Position numbers and translations under genes: made by a program
Origin: a virus
IMG/VR virus record: IMGVR_UViG_3300047160_007939
Location: 32,001 to 96,000 of that record
Reading direction: 5' to 3' (one strand)
DNA length: 64,000 bases
The notes under the pieces: model-generated
The model's database searches: none
What the model was told of the DNA's origin: nothing
Seen by the model: the letters and a program-made list of their open reading frames with translations, nothing else
Shown here: positions 37,261 through 47,323 of the stretch, one piece after another
How the letters are laid out: each line of letters begins with the position of its first letter
Position numbering within the stretch: the stretch's first letter is position 1

Positions 37261-37593
37261 TCATCCCTCTCGCTCCTTTCTCTCCCTGGCCTTTTGGCCC
37301 AGCTCCGTCCCGATCTTGATGCAGTCTTCGGTACTCGGGCGTCCCACCTCGGCGATGGGTCCGAAGAACGGGTGCGCGCACCGGAACAGCCGCTCCACCC
37401 GCTCCCGCGTCTCGTCGCTGTAGTATCCGGCCTGATAACCCAGGTTGTGGCGCACCACGTCTTCGGCCTTCTTCCGCGTGAAGGCCGGCTCCTCGGCCAG
37501 CACCTCGGCCACCAGCACCTCGAAGACGCGATCCGCCTCTTCTTGCGTCTCGGCGCGCATCGCCGGCCCGTAGCGGTCATCGTCGGTCATCAT
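37261..37593 (-). CDS. hypothetical protein
   Basis: NLGYQAGYY...RERVERLF...HPFFG motif seen in phage hypotheticals. Confidence 0.6.
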   Translation of the reverse strand: MMTDDDRYGPAMRAETQEEADRVFEVLVAEVLAEEPAFTRKKAEDVVRHNLGYQAGYYSDETRERVERLFRCAHPFFGPIAEVGRPSTEDCIKIGTELGQKARERKEREG

Positions 37594-37734
37594 CGCCGCG
37601 CCCCTCTTCTTCCTCGCGCTCCATCAGCTCCCGCTCGCAGTCCCTGCACATCAGGAAGCCGGTGCGCGTCCATACCTCGTCCTTCGGGTTGGGGATCGGC
37701 TGGCCGCAGCTCTCGCAGTTGTGGGGGACGGCCT

Positions 37735-38046
37735 TCACTTATGAAACCTCTCCGAGTAGGTCATCCCCGTCGCCTTCGCAATCTTGTTTGTCAGTTTGAT
37801 GGCCGCTATTGCTCGCTTCGCATCCTCGGGCATCTCGGCCAGCTCCTCGGGCGTGGCCGGCCTGCGCCGCATCTCCTCGTCAAAGAAAGTCACGTCGCCA
37901 CACTCGACACAAACCGAGGCATCCCCCGGCTGGGGACCCCGCTCTCCCGTGGCGTTGCTCGCCAGATCGAAGTGGTGGCCGCAAACAACGCAGACGCCGT
38001 GCGGCACGACGTACTCGCCCTCTTTCAACGGCCTGGGGTGGCTCAC
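37735..38046 (-). CDS. hypothetical Zn-binding protein
   Basis: CVVCG...P.PGD.SVC.ECG. Confidence 0.6.
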   Translation of the reverse strand: MSHPRPLKEGEYVVPHGVCVVCGHHFDLASNATGERGPQPGDASVCVECGDVTFFDEEMRRRPATPEELAEMPEDAKRAIAAIKLTNKIAKATGMTYSERFHK

Positions 38047-38450
38047 AATCGCATCTCCTCACTACTCGGCTGCTCCCACTCCTCAATCATCCGGTCAATG
38101 GCAATCAAGAGGTCCGAGTTACAGGCGGCTCTCGCTCGCTGCCGACACACCTCGGGGTCGGTGTCGAAGAGCTTGAAAGTCGTCTTCCATTGAGGAGACA
38201 ACCATTCCCGCCGCCGCTTCTCGGTCACGTTGCAGGCATCCAGTATCACTTTCTCGTGACCGCTTCCAAAGAGCGCCCTGACCATCACCTGGGCAACATA
38301 CCAGACCATCGGCTCCGCTGGCGGATAGAACTCGCGCCCGTGAAGAGCAAGCCGGATCTGGTCGGGACAGACTACCGGACACCCCTGCTGGGATGCCCAG
38401 GTGCTTTTCCCGCTCCGAGGCAGACCGACCGTGAGCACCAGCACCTTCAC
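38043..38450 (-). CDS. P-loop kinase (AAA_33 / polynucleotide kinase-like)
   Basis: VGLPRSGKSTW, PDQIR, VILDACN. Confidence 0.8.
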   Translation of the reverse strand: MKVLVLTVGLPRSGKSTWASQQGCPVVCPDQIRLALHGREFYPPAEPMVWYVAQVMVRALFGSGHEKVILDACNVTEKRRREWLSPQWKTTFKLFDTDPEVCRQRARAACNSDLLIAIDRMIEEWEQPSSEEMRL

Positions 38451-38677
38451 TGCTTCACCCCATCGGCCACCCGAACGGCCACGATCTGCCCGTTGCAGGT
38501 CCCGCAGAGGATCCGCAGGACGCCGTTCTGGTAGGTAGCCACCACCTGACTGCTCATGTGGCAGCGCCCGTGAAGATACATCGGCCCGTCGTGGCCGGTG
38601 TGGTCGCAGCCGGGAATGGCGCATCCGGCAGCGAGCGCCGCGTCCAGCTCCTGGCGCGTGCTGATCTTACTCACCAT
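38447..38677 (-). CDS. small Zn-binding hypothetical protein
   Basis: C..PGC.H..H...LHGRCH...C..C. Confidence 0.5.
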   Translation of the reverse strand: MVSKISTRQELDAALAAGCAIPGCDHTGHDGPMYLHGRCHMSSQVVATYQNGVLRILCGTCNGQIVAVRVADGVKQ

Positions 38678-39098
38678 CCGGCCCGCTTTCTTGCTTCTCG
38701 AACGTAGCCGGCTGTGTGCCGAGAGCCAGCGTCTTCTGGGCTGCTTTCAAAGCCCCAAGCGCATCCGCAGGGCAGCCGTGCGAGAGCACTGCAATCAGGT
38801 CCGAAAGCGCGCCCTCGGCACGCATCATCCGCTCACGCACCCTCGCCAGCATCGTGAAGGTGTCGCCCGTGACGGCTCCGCCGCGCGCTCGAACAGCCTG
38901 CGCCCTGATGTTGTCGGAGAGCGCATCCGCCTGATCGGGATCCATCGCAAGCCACGCCACCGGATGCCCGAAGTCAATGATCACCTTCTTGCACGCCAGG
39001 CCAGCTCCCACCGCGAGGCGTATCTCACCCTCGTCATCCTTCGTGTACTGCCCCTGCGGAAACTGCCCTGTCTCCCCCAGGTTTCGCTCATCACTCAC
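38667..39098 (-). CDS. hypothetical protein
   Basis: AAAGGAG RBS; LG.TG.FP.G....DEG...V.IDFG.PV.W motif. Confidence 0.6.
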   Translation of the reverse strand: MSDERNLGETGQFPQGQYTKDDEGEIRLAVGAGLACKKVIIDFGHPVAWLAMDPDQADALSDNIRAQAVRARGGAVTGDTFTMLARVRERMMRAEGALSDLIAVLSHGCPADALGALKAAQKTLALGTQPATFEKQESGPDGE

Positions 39099-39962
39099 GG
39101 TCTGTTCTCCTTTCTGCCTGCCTTCACAGGCCGGTAACCCACCATTGATCGTAGTAAACCTCGGCTCTCCGCCGTACTGCCTCTTCACTCTCCCACCGGT
39201 CGGCGTAGACAAAGCCGCGCACCGGCTCCGACTTCCTCGCCTTACCGTTCGAGCGCACCCGTCCTTCGCTAAAGCGCGGCCAGTGCTCGAACGGCTGGTC
39301 GAACTCCGGGTCGTCAGGATGCTCGGCCTGCGCCGCGCTCCCGCTCACGGCCTGCGCGGTAGCCGAAACCCCGCTGCCCTCGTAGTCCCACTGCTCGACT
39401 TCCCGCAGCTCACAGTCAGAGCAGTGGTCCGCGTACCGGCTCACCACCGCGCCGCACGAGAGGCAGCCCCGCTCTCCCGTCCCCACGCTCCGCAGCTTCT
39501 CGAACCGAACCCGGTGGCCGTTCTCGTTCCGAAGCGATTGTCGGTGCTCCGCCTCAATCTCCAGCAAGTCAATATTCTGGCTTGCCGAAGGTGCGATCAC
39601 CGTGATCGAGCCTGCCGGCCAGCGGCCCATCTCACTCTTTCCCGAACTCCAGGGCATCCATATTGACCCTTACCCGCTGGATCGCGTCCGCAAAGGCCAC
39701 ACCATCATCGTAGAAGCCCTGGAAGAGCGCGATCACCCGCCGCATCGCTTTGAGCTGCCGCGCCTTATCCTCGGCTTTGAGCAGCTCTTCAATGTCTTTC
39801 GGATCCAGACGCACCGTCACCCACTTTCTCCTCTCTGCCTCAATCGCGTTGCGCTACCGCCAGTAGTGATACTCGGTTCGGCAGCCGTCCGAGCAATAGA
39901 CCTGCCGCTTCCCGCCTATCCTGGGAATGAATGGCCCACCGCAATAGCGACACGCCCGCGTT

Positions 39963-40295
39963 TCACTCACTCCGGTTGATGCTCCGCTCGCTCTCAAAGC
40001 CCTGCGGGTAACGCTTTGCCAGCTTGCCGGAGTTCGCCTGGGCCACTTCTTCCAGGGTGAAGGCCAGCTTATGGGCCAGCCACGCCGTATAGAAGAGCAG
40101 GTCGCCCAGCTCCAGCTTCAGCTCCTGGCGCTTCTCCTCGGTCAGCTCGTGGTCGTGGAAGATCCAGTGCTTCAGCGGCTCGGCAATCTCTCCGACCTCA
40201 CTTGCCAGCCCGAAGACGCAGTTACTCACCTCGGTCTTCAGGTCGGACATTCGCGCCGTCTTCAGCACCCCATTCTGGAACTCATCGAACGTCAC
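39963..40295 (-). CDS. MazG-like nucleotide pyrophosphohydrolase
   Basis: GL.SEVGE...KH..F....ELGDLLFY...N..KL.KRYP.GF. Confidence 0.85.
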   Translation of the reverse strand: MTFDEFQNGVLKTARMSDLKTEVSNCVFGLASEVGEIAEPLKHWIFHDHELTEEKRQELKLELGDLLFYTAWLAHKLAFTLEEVAQANSGKLAKRYPQGFESERSINRSE

Positions 40296-40675
40296 TGCCT
40301 AATCTCCTTTCTGACTGCCGGCTGGCCGGCTATCTTCGTCCACTCGGCCATCCGCTCCGCGCACTGCCGCGCATCGTCATCCTCGATGGCCGTGTAGAAC
40401 GCCTTCGCCCGGTCACCCCACTCGACACCCCAGCCGAGGGTCACCACGGCTGGCACGTCGGAGCAGCAAGAGAAGATGTTCGCCGCTTCGATCACCGCTT
40501 CGGCCTTCACCTGCCCACGCTCCAGCATCCCGCCCAGAAAGATGCCCACGGAGAGCAGGTACGGGGCCAGCGGGGGGATGTCGTTCCAGGGCGGCGGCGG
40601 GCCGTTCGCCCGCAGCCTGTCGAACAGCTCATCCGCCGTTTGTGCCGGAACGCGCCTCTTCGTCAACACCGTCAT
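40292..40675 (-). CDS. hypothetical protein
   Basis: GAAAGGAG RBS. Confidence 0.5.
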   Translation of the reverse strand: MTVLTKRRVPAQTADELFDRLRANGPPPPWNDIPPLAPYLLSVGIFLGGMLERGQVKAEAVIEAANIFSCCSDVPAVVTLGWGVEWGDRAKAFYTAIEDDDARQCAERMAEWTKIAGQPAVRKEIRQ

Positions 40676-41093
40676 CGTTCTCCTTTCGTGTCTCAATCGT
40701 GTGGTTCACGGTCGCCGTGTCACCCTCTTTCAACGACCGCTCTTCGCCCTGGAACATCAGGTGGATGGGAAAGCAAGGGATCAGGCAGATCCAGAGGTCC
40801 AGCTCGCGGTGACCCACCATCCGCTGGTCCATCGCATCTTCGTAATTCAGCCGAACGATGTCGCGCCAGTAGACGCCCATCCAGGCGTCGTGCGGCTCGA
40901 ACTCCACCTGACAAAGAGCCAGTTTCATAGTCGCTCCATCTTGAAGCCGGCCTGCCGGCGCATCCAGACAATGAGCGCCGAAAAGGGCTTGCCCACGAAG
41001 CAGCGGACGATGGGTGCGGCTTCGATCACCATTCCGGCTCTCACCTTTACCCTCACCGTCATCTTCTCCGTGGACATCCACCACTCTGTTTCA

Positions 41094-42323
41094 TCAGGCT
41101 GGGGCGTCACCTTCCAACCCCAGCCCGTCGAGCGCCGCTTTCGCCTCTTCCGGGTCCAGCTCCGGCTTGTACGTCCCGAGCTGCTGCGCCGCCAGCTCCC
41201 CCACCCGCGCCAGCTTGCCCTGGAAGTTGCCGCTCTTCCCTCTTGACGTTCTCACCACCCGATGGGCCGTGCGCTTCACCATCCGCAGCCGCCGGCCCTC
41301 ATCAATCAGGCACTGCGCCTGAAGGTAACGGACGAGGTTCTGGAACCCACCCTCTCCCGTCACCGGACTGCCCAGCAGCTCCCGCTCCGCTTCGTCCAGC
41401 TCAATCTCCACCCAGATGTTGCCGACCCTCGGTCCTATCGGCTCGGGGAAGTGGTAGAAGAACCGGTGGCCGTGCGGATCGATGCAGATGTGCCAGTCCC
41501 GGCTCGCCTGCTCTTCCTCTGCCGGCTGGCCGGCTGTTGCGTCAGCCTCGGTCGGCTGCGGCGCTATCTCCCTGCCTGAAGCCGCTGCGCTCGCTTCGTC
41601 TGCCGCCGCTATCTCGGCATCAAAGTTCTCGTCAATGGCTGCCATCGCATCGAGAGCATCCATCGGTTCGAGGTCTTCGTGGCCGTTCATCGCTGCCTTT
41701 GCCAGCCTCTCCAGGTGGTCGCGCAGGCGCGTGTAGGGCTTGCCCAGGACGCGCTCACAGTGCTCCAGCCCCAGCTCCCTGCCGTACTCCATCGCCTGCC
41801 GGATACACTCCAGGTCGCACCAGACGTTCTCGGGATGCACCGGCAAGCCCCGCTTCTTCGAGAAGCGGCCTTCCAGGTCTTCCCGCGTTGGGTGACCGGC
41901 CAGCAGGGTGTAGCTCACTTCCCCCAGGCGACGAACGTGATGCCTGCGCCCCTCCATCCACTGCGCCGGCATCCCGTTCATCGCCGCGTTCCTGAACCAG
42001 CGGATGAGCGCGTTCTGGCTGTCGCTGAACACGCGCCCGCTCCACCCGTCAGGAAGTCCCCAGAGCGCCCGAGCAATCGCATAGAACTCCACCACGTTGT
42101 TGGAGACGGCAGGCAAGCCAATGGCTTCGGGCGTGAGGATGCCGCTCCGCTCGTGGAAGCGTCTCCCCTCGGCATCCAGGTAGCAGAACGCCCAGGTCCC
42201 GCCGAGGGGAGACGGGTTCACGCCCATCACCCCACCGTCTGCTACCACAGCCACAGGGATCTGCGCTTCGAGCTTCATCCGCTCGGCCATCGCCGCATCT
42301 TCGACTTCGGTTCCGATGCTCAC
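41094..42323 (-). CDS. RNase HI-like protein with C-terminal extension
   Basis: ADGG..NPS..G.W, SNN..E, SDSQ, GH...N...D catalytic pattern. Confidence 0.75.
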   Translation of the reverse strand: MSIGTEVEDAAMAERMKLEAQIPVAVVADGGVMGVNPSPLGGTWAFCYLDAEGRRFHERSGILTPEAIGLPAVSNNVVEFYAIARALWGLPDGWSGRVFSDSQNALIRWFRNAAMNGMPAQWMEGRRHHVRRLGEVSYTLLAGHPTREDLEGRFSKKRGLPVHPENVWCDLECIRQAMEYGRELGLEHCERVLGKPYTRLRDHLERLAKAAMNGHEDLEPMDALDAMAAIDENFDAEIAAADEASAAASGREIAPQPTEADATAGQPAEEEQASRDWHICIDPHGHRFFYHFPEPIGPRVGNIWVEIELDEAERELLGSPVTGEGGFQNLVRYLQAQCLIDEGRRLRMVKRTAHRVVRTSRGKSGNFQGKLARVGELAAQQLGTYKPELDPEEAKAALDGLGLEGDAPA

Positions 42324-44419
42324 TCTTCGGACAGCTCCTTCCGCACCAACCGCCGCTCCCGCTTCGGAGCGTCTACCACCGTGTCCAGCTCCAGCCGCGC
42401 GCCCCGCTGCCGCTCCTGCCAAACCGAAGGCTTCGGCGGCGGGATCGGGTCGTTCGCCTTTGCGAAGGCGTAGGGTTCGAGCACCGCCTGGGCCGGCAGC
42501 CCGCACGCCTCGGCAAGATAGGCAATCGCGTCGTGGGTCCGCATCCCATCGAGCGCATCCGTGGGTGGGGTCCGCACCACGTTGTTACCCGCGTACCCCA
42601 CCCCCACCGTCGAGATGTCGGCGAGGCGCTGCGGCCTGGGCGCGCTCGGATCGGGCGCGTACCAGATGATACCGCGCCGCACGTCCACGAGCTTCACAGG
42701 CCGGTCGGTTATCTCCACCCCGTTCAAGAAGACCTTCACCTGATCGTGCCCCTGGAGCAGATAGGGCGCGGTGATCCGCTGCGCGTTGGCGAAGAGGTCG
42801 CAGGGATCCGGCAAGCCCGTCTCCCGGACCACCTCCACCCGGTCGGTGCTCTGGAGCGCCATCGTCGTCTGCCCGATGGTCAGGAATGCGCCAATCAAAC
42901 TCGTGTCGTCGGGGTCCATTACTGCTGCCCCCCTCGCGTAGTTGTTGGTCAGGTTGCTCGGCACGGTGTCCGAGACGCCAGGGAAGAAGTGCTGCCACGT
43001 CAACCGCTGCCGCCGGAGCGCCACCGTCTTATTGATGCGCGAGAGCAGCGCCTGCCGCCGGTCGCTCGACTTCAACGCGCCGAGGTAGCCCTGGAACTGG
43101 CGGAGCTGCCCCATCGTCCACCAGAAGCAGTTCTCGGTCGCCTCTTCAGGAGACAGCCCCCACCAGTCGTTGGTGAGCATGTGCCGCGCTTCGTCCACCA
43201 CCTGCTGGGCAGCCCGGTACTCCAGCCGCGCCAGCTCAAGCGCCTTCTGGTGGCCCGTCTCCTTCCCGAAGACCGCTCGCCGCATCTCCTCGTCGCTCGG
43301 GAGAGCCGGCAGCTTCCGCTCCGGCCAGAGCCGCTCGGCCATCCGGCGCTGCGCCTCGGTGTTGCCGGGGTTCACCGGCTTATCCCAGGCGAACGGCTGC
43401 CCACCGTGGCGCATATCACCATCGCTCGCGGTCACGGTAAGATAGCCGTCGCCCTCGGTCCAGGTCGAGGCATTCTGGATGCCCTCAGCCAGCATCCGGT
43501 ACGGACGGTGGCTGCTCCGCTGCACAATCTCGGAGAGCCGCTCCCTGGAGCGCACCTTCTGCATCAACGTCTTGATGGTGGTCGAGACTTGCTTCTCCTG
43601 GTTCTTGACCAGCTCCGTCTCTTTCTTCTGGCGCTCCCAGGCGATGGCGCGCTCACGCTTCTCGGCGCTGCTCATCGTGCCGCCCCTGACGTTGGTAACC
43701 GCATTCTGAAGTTGTGCTTCCCTGCTCCGCATCTCGGTTACCGCTACGTGCCACTTCGCCGTACCCGCAATCACCTCGTAGCCGGGGACCTGATCCAGCC
43801 CGCAGTCATTCGGAGCAAGCGCGTAGCCATCCCAACCAAAACTGACCTTCGAGGCTCCTTCCGGCTTGTGCCCATCGGGGCAGGTGATAATCTTGCCGGC
43901 CTGCTCGACATTCTTCAGCACGTACTGCTCGGTGGCCGCGAGCTGGGCAACGTCGGCGGGGGTTTCATTCCCCTGCGCCACCCGGTCCAGCAGCCGGTTC
44001 TCACTCGTGCCCACAGCCGCCGGGTTCGGGTAAGTCCCGGAGAGGTCGCCGCCGGCTCCACCCGTCAGCGTAACCATCCCGCCGCTGCCTCCCTGTCCCG
44101 CCAGTGTCTGCTTCAACGTCTCGGCCAGCCGCTTCTCAATACTCGCAAAGTCGATGCTCCCGAACACGCTCGGGGCTTTGAACGCCACCTTCTTCGGCTC
44201 ACTCTTCTTCTGCTCGTCCTTCAATTGCCGCAGTTGCTCTTCCAGCTCGTTCAGCTCCGCCTGCTCTTCGGCAAGCCCGATGAGCTGCATATCAATATCG
44301 ACACTGCCTTCCGCCGTCCCCGCCGCTTCCTGGGCGAGCTGGGCGTCCGCACGGTCCAGGCACGCCTGGAGCAGCGGGTTCATCACCAGCGGCTTCAACT
44401 TCTTCTTGCTCTGCGCCAT
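42320..44419 (-). CDS. hypothetical protein (699 aa)
   Basis: Long ORF, AAGGAG-like context, coiled coils; contains one fibre-type repeat. Confidence 0.65.
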   Translation of the reverse strand: MAQSKKKLKPLVMNPLLQACLDRADAQLAQEAAGTAEGSVDIDMQLIGLAEEQAELNELEEQLRQLKDEQKKSEPKKVAFKAPSVFGSIDFASIEKRLAETLKQTLAGQGGSGGMVTLTGGAGGDLSGTYPNPAAVGTSENRLLDRVAQGNETPADVAQLAATEQYVLKNVEQAGKIITCPDGHKPEGASKVSFGWDGYALAPNDCGLDQVPGYEVIAGTAKWHVAVTEMRSREAQLQNAVTNVRGGTMSSAEKRERAIAWERQKKETELVKNQEKQVSTTIKTLMQKVRSRERLSEIVQRSSHRPYRMLAEGIQNASTWTEGDGYLTVTASDGDMRHGGQPFAWDKPVNPGNTEAQRRMAERLWPERKLPALPSDEEMRRAVFGKETGHQKALELARLEYRAAQQVVDEARHMLTNDWWGLSPEEATENCFWWTMGQLRQFQGYLGALKSSDRRQALLSRINKTVALRRQRLTWQHFFPGVSDTVPSNLTNNYARGAAVMDPDDTSLIGAFLTIGQTTMALQSTDRVEVVRETGLPDPCDLFANAQRITAPYLLQGHDQVKVFLNGVEITDRPVKLVDVRRGIIWYAPDPSAPRPQRLADISTVGVGYAGNNVVRTPPTDALDGMRTHDAIAYLAEACGLPAQAVLEPYAFAKANDPIPPPKPSVWQERQRGARLELDTVVDAPKRERRLVRKELSEE

Positions 44420-44558
44420 CAGATGAAAGGAGCCGGCTGTGGGTTATGCGTATCCAACGAACCCACAACCGGCCAAAGAAGCAGAACGAAAACCGAAGCA
44501 CAGCACCACACCGACATCCTCGGGCATCCGCCGGTATGTTGCCTAACTTCCAGGCGAA

Positions 44559-45356
44559 TTATACCACGGCCATACGCCTCCTGGCAAGCTCTACATAGTC
44601 GAAGTTCAGGTCCCCGCCGAGGTAGCTCCTTCCCATCTCTCTTGCCACGTAGGGCACGGTCCCACTTCCCATCATCGGGTCCAGCACCACGTCTCCCGGC
44701 TCGCTGAACATCTCGATGAGCCTGCCGGCCAGCCGGTCGGGAAACGTAGCTGGGTGACGCATCTTCAGCGGGTTCGCCTCGGTATTGCTCGGCGGGATCT
44801 TCCAGACCGTGCCGCTGCACTTCAGCGCGTTGACACGCTTTCTCTTGATCGGCTTCATCGTCCCCGCCGTCGTCCGCACCGTGCCGCTGAAGTAGCGGCC
44901 AGCGTGCTTGCTCGGCGTGCTCTTGTCCTTCTTGAAGACCCTCGGCGGGCCGCTGTCATTGTTCACGAAGACCAGCACGTACTCGTGGTCGGGCCTGGGG
45001 CAGTCCCGATACCAGGGTCCATCCCGTCCATCACGCTGGTATATCAGCGTGGTGAACAGCCGCCAGCCCTTTGCCAGCCAGCCGGCAGCCAGCCGGAAGC
45101 TGTCGCCGGTCTGCGCGTGGTCGATGCGCTGGTCCTGGATGACGACGCAGGCGATACCGCTGTCCACCGTGGCGAAGCGGAGCAGCCCGCCAAGTTCCAC
45201 CAGCTCCTCCAGGCTGGCATTACAGCCGTCACGGATCGTGCCGTAGTTCGGGGAGAAGACCGTGAGGTGGACCGACCGCTCGGGCAGCCGGCCCACCAGC
45301 TCACGGCAGTCTTCGCAGGACAGCTCGCCGGTGAGAGTTACCACCGGTCCCACCAT
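44559..45356 (-). CDS. beta-class DNA methyltransferase with variant catalytic motif (FSPNY)
   Basis: HEYVLVF, HPATFP, GDVVLDPMMGSGT. Confidence 0.8.
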   Translation of the reverse strand: MVGPVVTLTGELSCEDCRELVGRLPERSVHLTVFSPNYGTIRDGCNASLEELVELGGLLRFATVDSGIACVVIQDQRIDHAQTGDSFRLAAGWLAKGWRLFTTLIYQRDGRDGPWYRDCPRPDHEYVLVFVNNDSGPPRVFKKDKSTPSKHAGRYFSGTVRTTAGTMKPIKRKRVNALKCSGTVWKIPPSNTEANPLKMRHPATFPDRLAGRLIEMFSEPGDVVLDPMMGSGTVPYVAREMGRSYLGGDLNFDYVELARRRMAVV

Positions 45357-46498
45357 CAGGCGACCTTCTTCGCGCTCGCTCCAAGCGCCTCACTGTCCCA
45401 CACGTAGGAACGGTTGCCGAACGGCGTGCCCAGGATCTGGATCGGGTCCTTCAACGTGCGGCCCTGAAGCCCGCGCTGAAGCAGTACCGGGGTTTCCCCC
45501 AGCGGCCCGCCGGCACGCCGGTACTCGCGGTAGTAGCGGTTGAACAGGCCGGCCAGCCGGTAGGCATCCTCAATGTTATCGGACGCCGTGATGCGCCGGA
45601 GCTTTCTCCCGTCGAGGATCAGCTTCGATGCCTTCCGGCGCACGTCATCCTGGCGCAGCGACATCTCGTCGGAACGCAGCACCTCGCCCCAGAAGGCGTG
45701 CGCCGCTTCCTGGCTTCCCTTCCCCGCCAGGGTCGCCAGCATCACTGCGAGGCTGGGTGGCCGCAGCACCGCTTCACGGTAGCTGGCAGGGCCGGCATCC
45801 ACGATCTTGTTCGCGGCCTGGATCGGCTCCTTCCAACGCTCCAGCCAGCGGATGCGCGTGTCGTGGTCGAAGTCGGCCAGCTTCGAGCCGGCTTTGAACT
45901 CCTTCGAGGTGTAGCGAAAGCCGCTGATGAGAAGCGCCGCCGCGCCGATGGCCCGCATCTCCTCGCGGTGGGGCACGCCCAGGTGCTGGTCCATCGCATA
46001 AAGCCGCAGGGTGTCCCCGAAGGTCGCCTCGCGGCCACGGTTGCTCATCGCGTAGACCCAGCGAGCCTGCTCCATCGTGGAGAACTCGCTGTACATCACG
46101 TCGAAGTGGTATGCGAAGCGTCCCGACACCAGCATCGCCATTCGATGCTGCCCGCCGGAAAGCCACGGCTCCGGGTCCCCGACCACCGTGTAGAGGTCGA
46201 TCACACTCTCGCGGAACAGACCCTTCCGCGCTTCCCCGATGTACCGCTGCACCATCGCATCGTTGATCATCCGGTTGCCGGGGATGCGCCGCTCCAGCAG
46301 CTTCTGGGCGCGGCGCGGTGTGAACAGCTCATCTCGCTCCAGCCACTTCCTGACCGGCTGGAAGCTGGGGCGCAACACTTCCGCCTCCTCGTCGGGAGCG
46401 ACCGTCATCTCCAGGTAGCGGTTATCCCGCTCGTATCGGGCCGGCGCTGTCAACGCCTCCGGCATCACCATACCGGCTGGCCCGTTCTCGTTCGCCAT
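45356..46498 (-). CDS. ParB/Srx-like N-terminal domain protein
   Basis: TP..A..LL....NR.....V.RY...G.F...GQHR...M..G..R motif; AAAGGAG RBS. Confidence 0.65.
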   Translation of the reverse strand: MANENGPAGMVMPEALTAPARYERDNRYLEMTVAPDEEAEVLRPSFQPVRKWLERDELFTPRRAQKLLERRIPGNRMINDAMVQRYIGEARKGLFRESVIDLYTVVGDPEPWLSGGQHRMAMLVSGRFAYHFDVMYSEFSTMEQARWVYAMSNRGREATFGDTLRLYAMDQHLGVPHREEMRAIGAAALLISGFRYTSKEFKAGSKLADFDHDTRIRWLERWKEPIQAANKIVDAGPASYREAVLRPPSLAVMLATLAGKGSQEAAHAFWGEVLRSDEMSLRQDDVRRKASKLILDGRKLRRITASDNIEDAYRLAGLFNRYYREYRRAGGPLGETPVLLQRGLQGRTLKDPIQILGTPFGNRSYVWDSEALGASAKKVA

Positions 46499-46564
46499 CC
46501 GTCTTGTTCTCCTTTCAGCCCGTGAATAAGCGGGAAAATCCGCGCTAACAGGACTGTCACCACC

Positions 46565-46593
46565 AGTATAGCCCCCGAACAAACGTTTGTCCA
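46565..46593 (-). promoter_or_regulatory. promoter with a Gram-positive-type LexA (SOS) box in the spacer
   Basis: TGGACA-N17-TATACT; CGAAC-AAAC-GTTTG at 46576-46589. Confidence 0.6.
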
Positions 46594-46625
46594 GTTAAGA
46601 GCGCAAAACGGCCCTTAACCGCATC

Positions 46626-47306
46626 CTACGCGGCTCTCTTCTTCGGCTTACTCACCATCCCGCTGATCATCCCGATGTCGCCGAACACCACCGCGAACTG
46701 CCGCAGGATGTCGGGATCATCCGATAGGCAGAAGACCGCCGAGGGGAACGGCGCGACCTCTTCCGCGTTCGAGAAGCGCAGCCGGCCCCGCACGTAGCAC
46801 CTGGGGTAGTCATCGAAGCGCGCAAACCACTGCGTATCCGTCCGCGCGCTCACCAGCACAATCGCCGCCCCTGTGTTCCCACACTCATACTCGCTCACGA
46901 CCTTCTCTGCCCACTTGCTTACTACACGACCATACGGTGGATTGAGGAAGACCGTCTTTGCTACCCACGGCTGCTTCAGCGCGTCCGTCTCCGGCGTCAG
47001 CCCGTCGAAGTGCCGGCTTGCCGGCACATTCCGCTCCGGGTGCTCGGGCGTCAGCCGGTCAGCAGCGGGATCCAGCTCGATGTGCCCCAGCACCTGGATG
47101 ACCTTCTCCAGAAAGTCCTTCGGCGTCATCCAGTGCTCGCTGTCGCTGGAATGATGAACCTTCATCCGCTCCCAGGCCACGCGAGCATTATGCACGCGCT
47201 CTTCCGCTTCACAGGTGAGAGGGTCCAGCTCGCCCTTCTCCACGCTCTCCAGAAGCAGGCCCAGAGCCTGCTTCACATTCAGCCTGTCTTTCTTCTTCGT
47301 CGCCAC
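46626..47306 (-). CDS. phage Dam-like DNA N6-adenine methyltransferase
   Basis: W.TP, LDPA, VFLNPPYG, ARTDT.WF, GRLRF, APFPS. Confidence 0.88.
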   Translation of the reverse strand: MATKKKDRLNVKQALGLLLESVEKGELDPLTCEAEERVHNARVAWERMKVHHSSDSEHWMTPKDFLEKVIQVLGHIELDPAADRLTPEHPERNVPASRHFDGLTPETDALKQPWVAKTVFLNPPYGRVVSKWAEKVVSEYECGNTGAAIVLVSARTDTQWFARFDDYPRCYVRGRLRFSNAEEVAPFPSAVFCLSDDPDILRQFAVVFGDIGMISGMVSKPKKRAA

Positions 47307-47323
47307 GGTCGGTTGTTCTCCTT

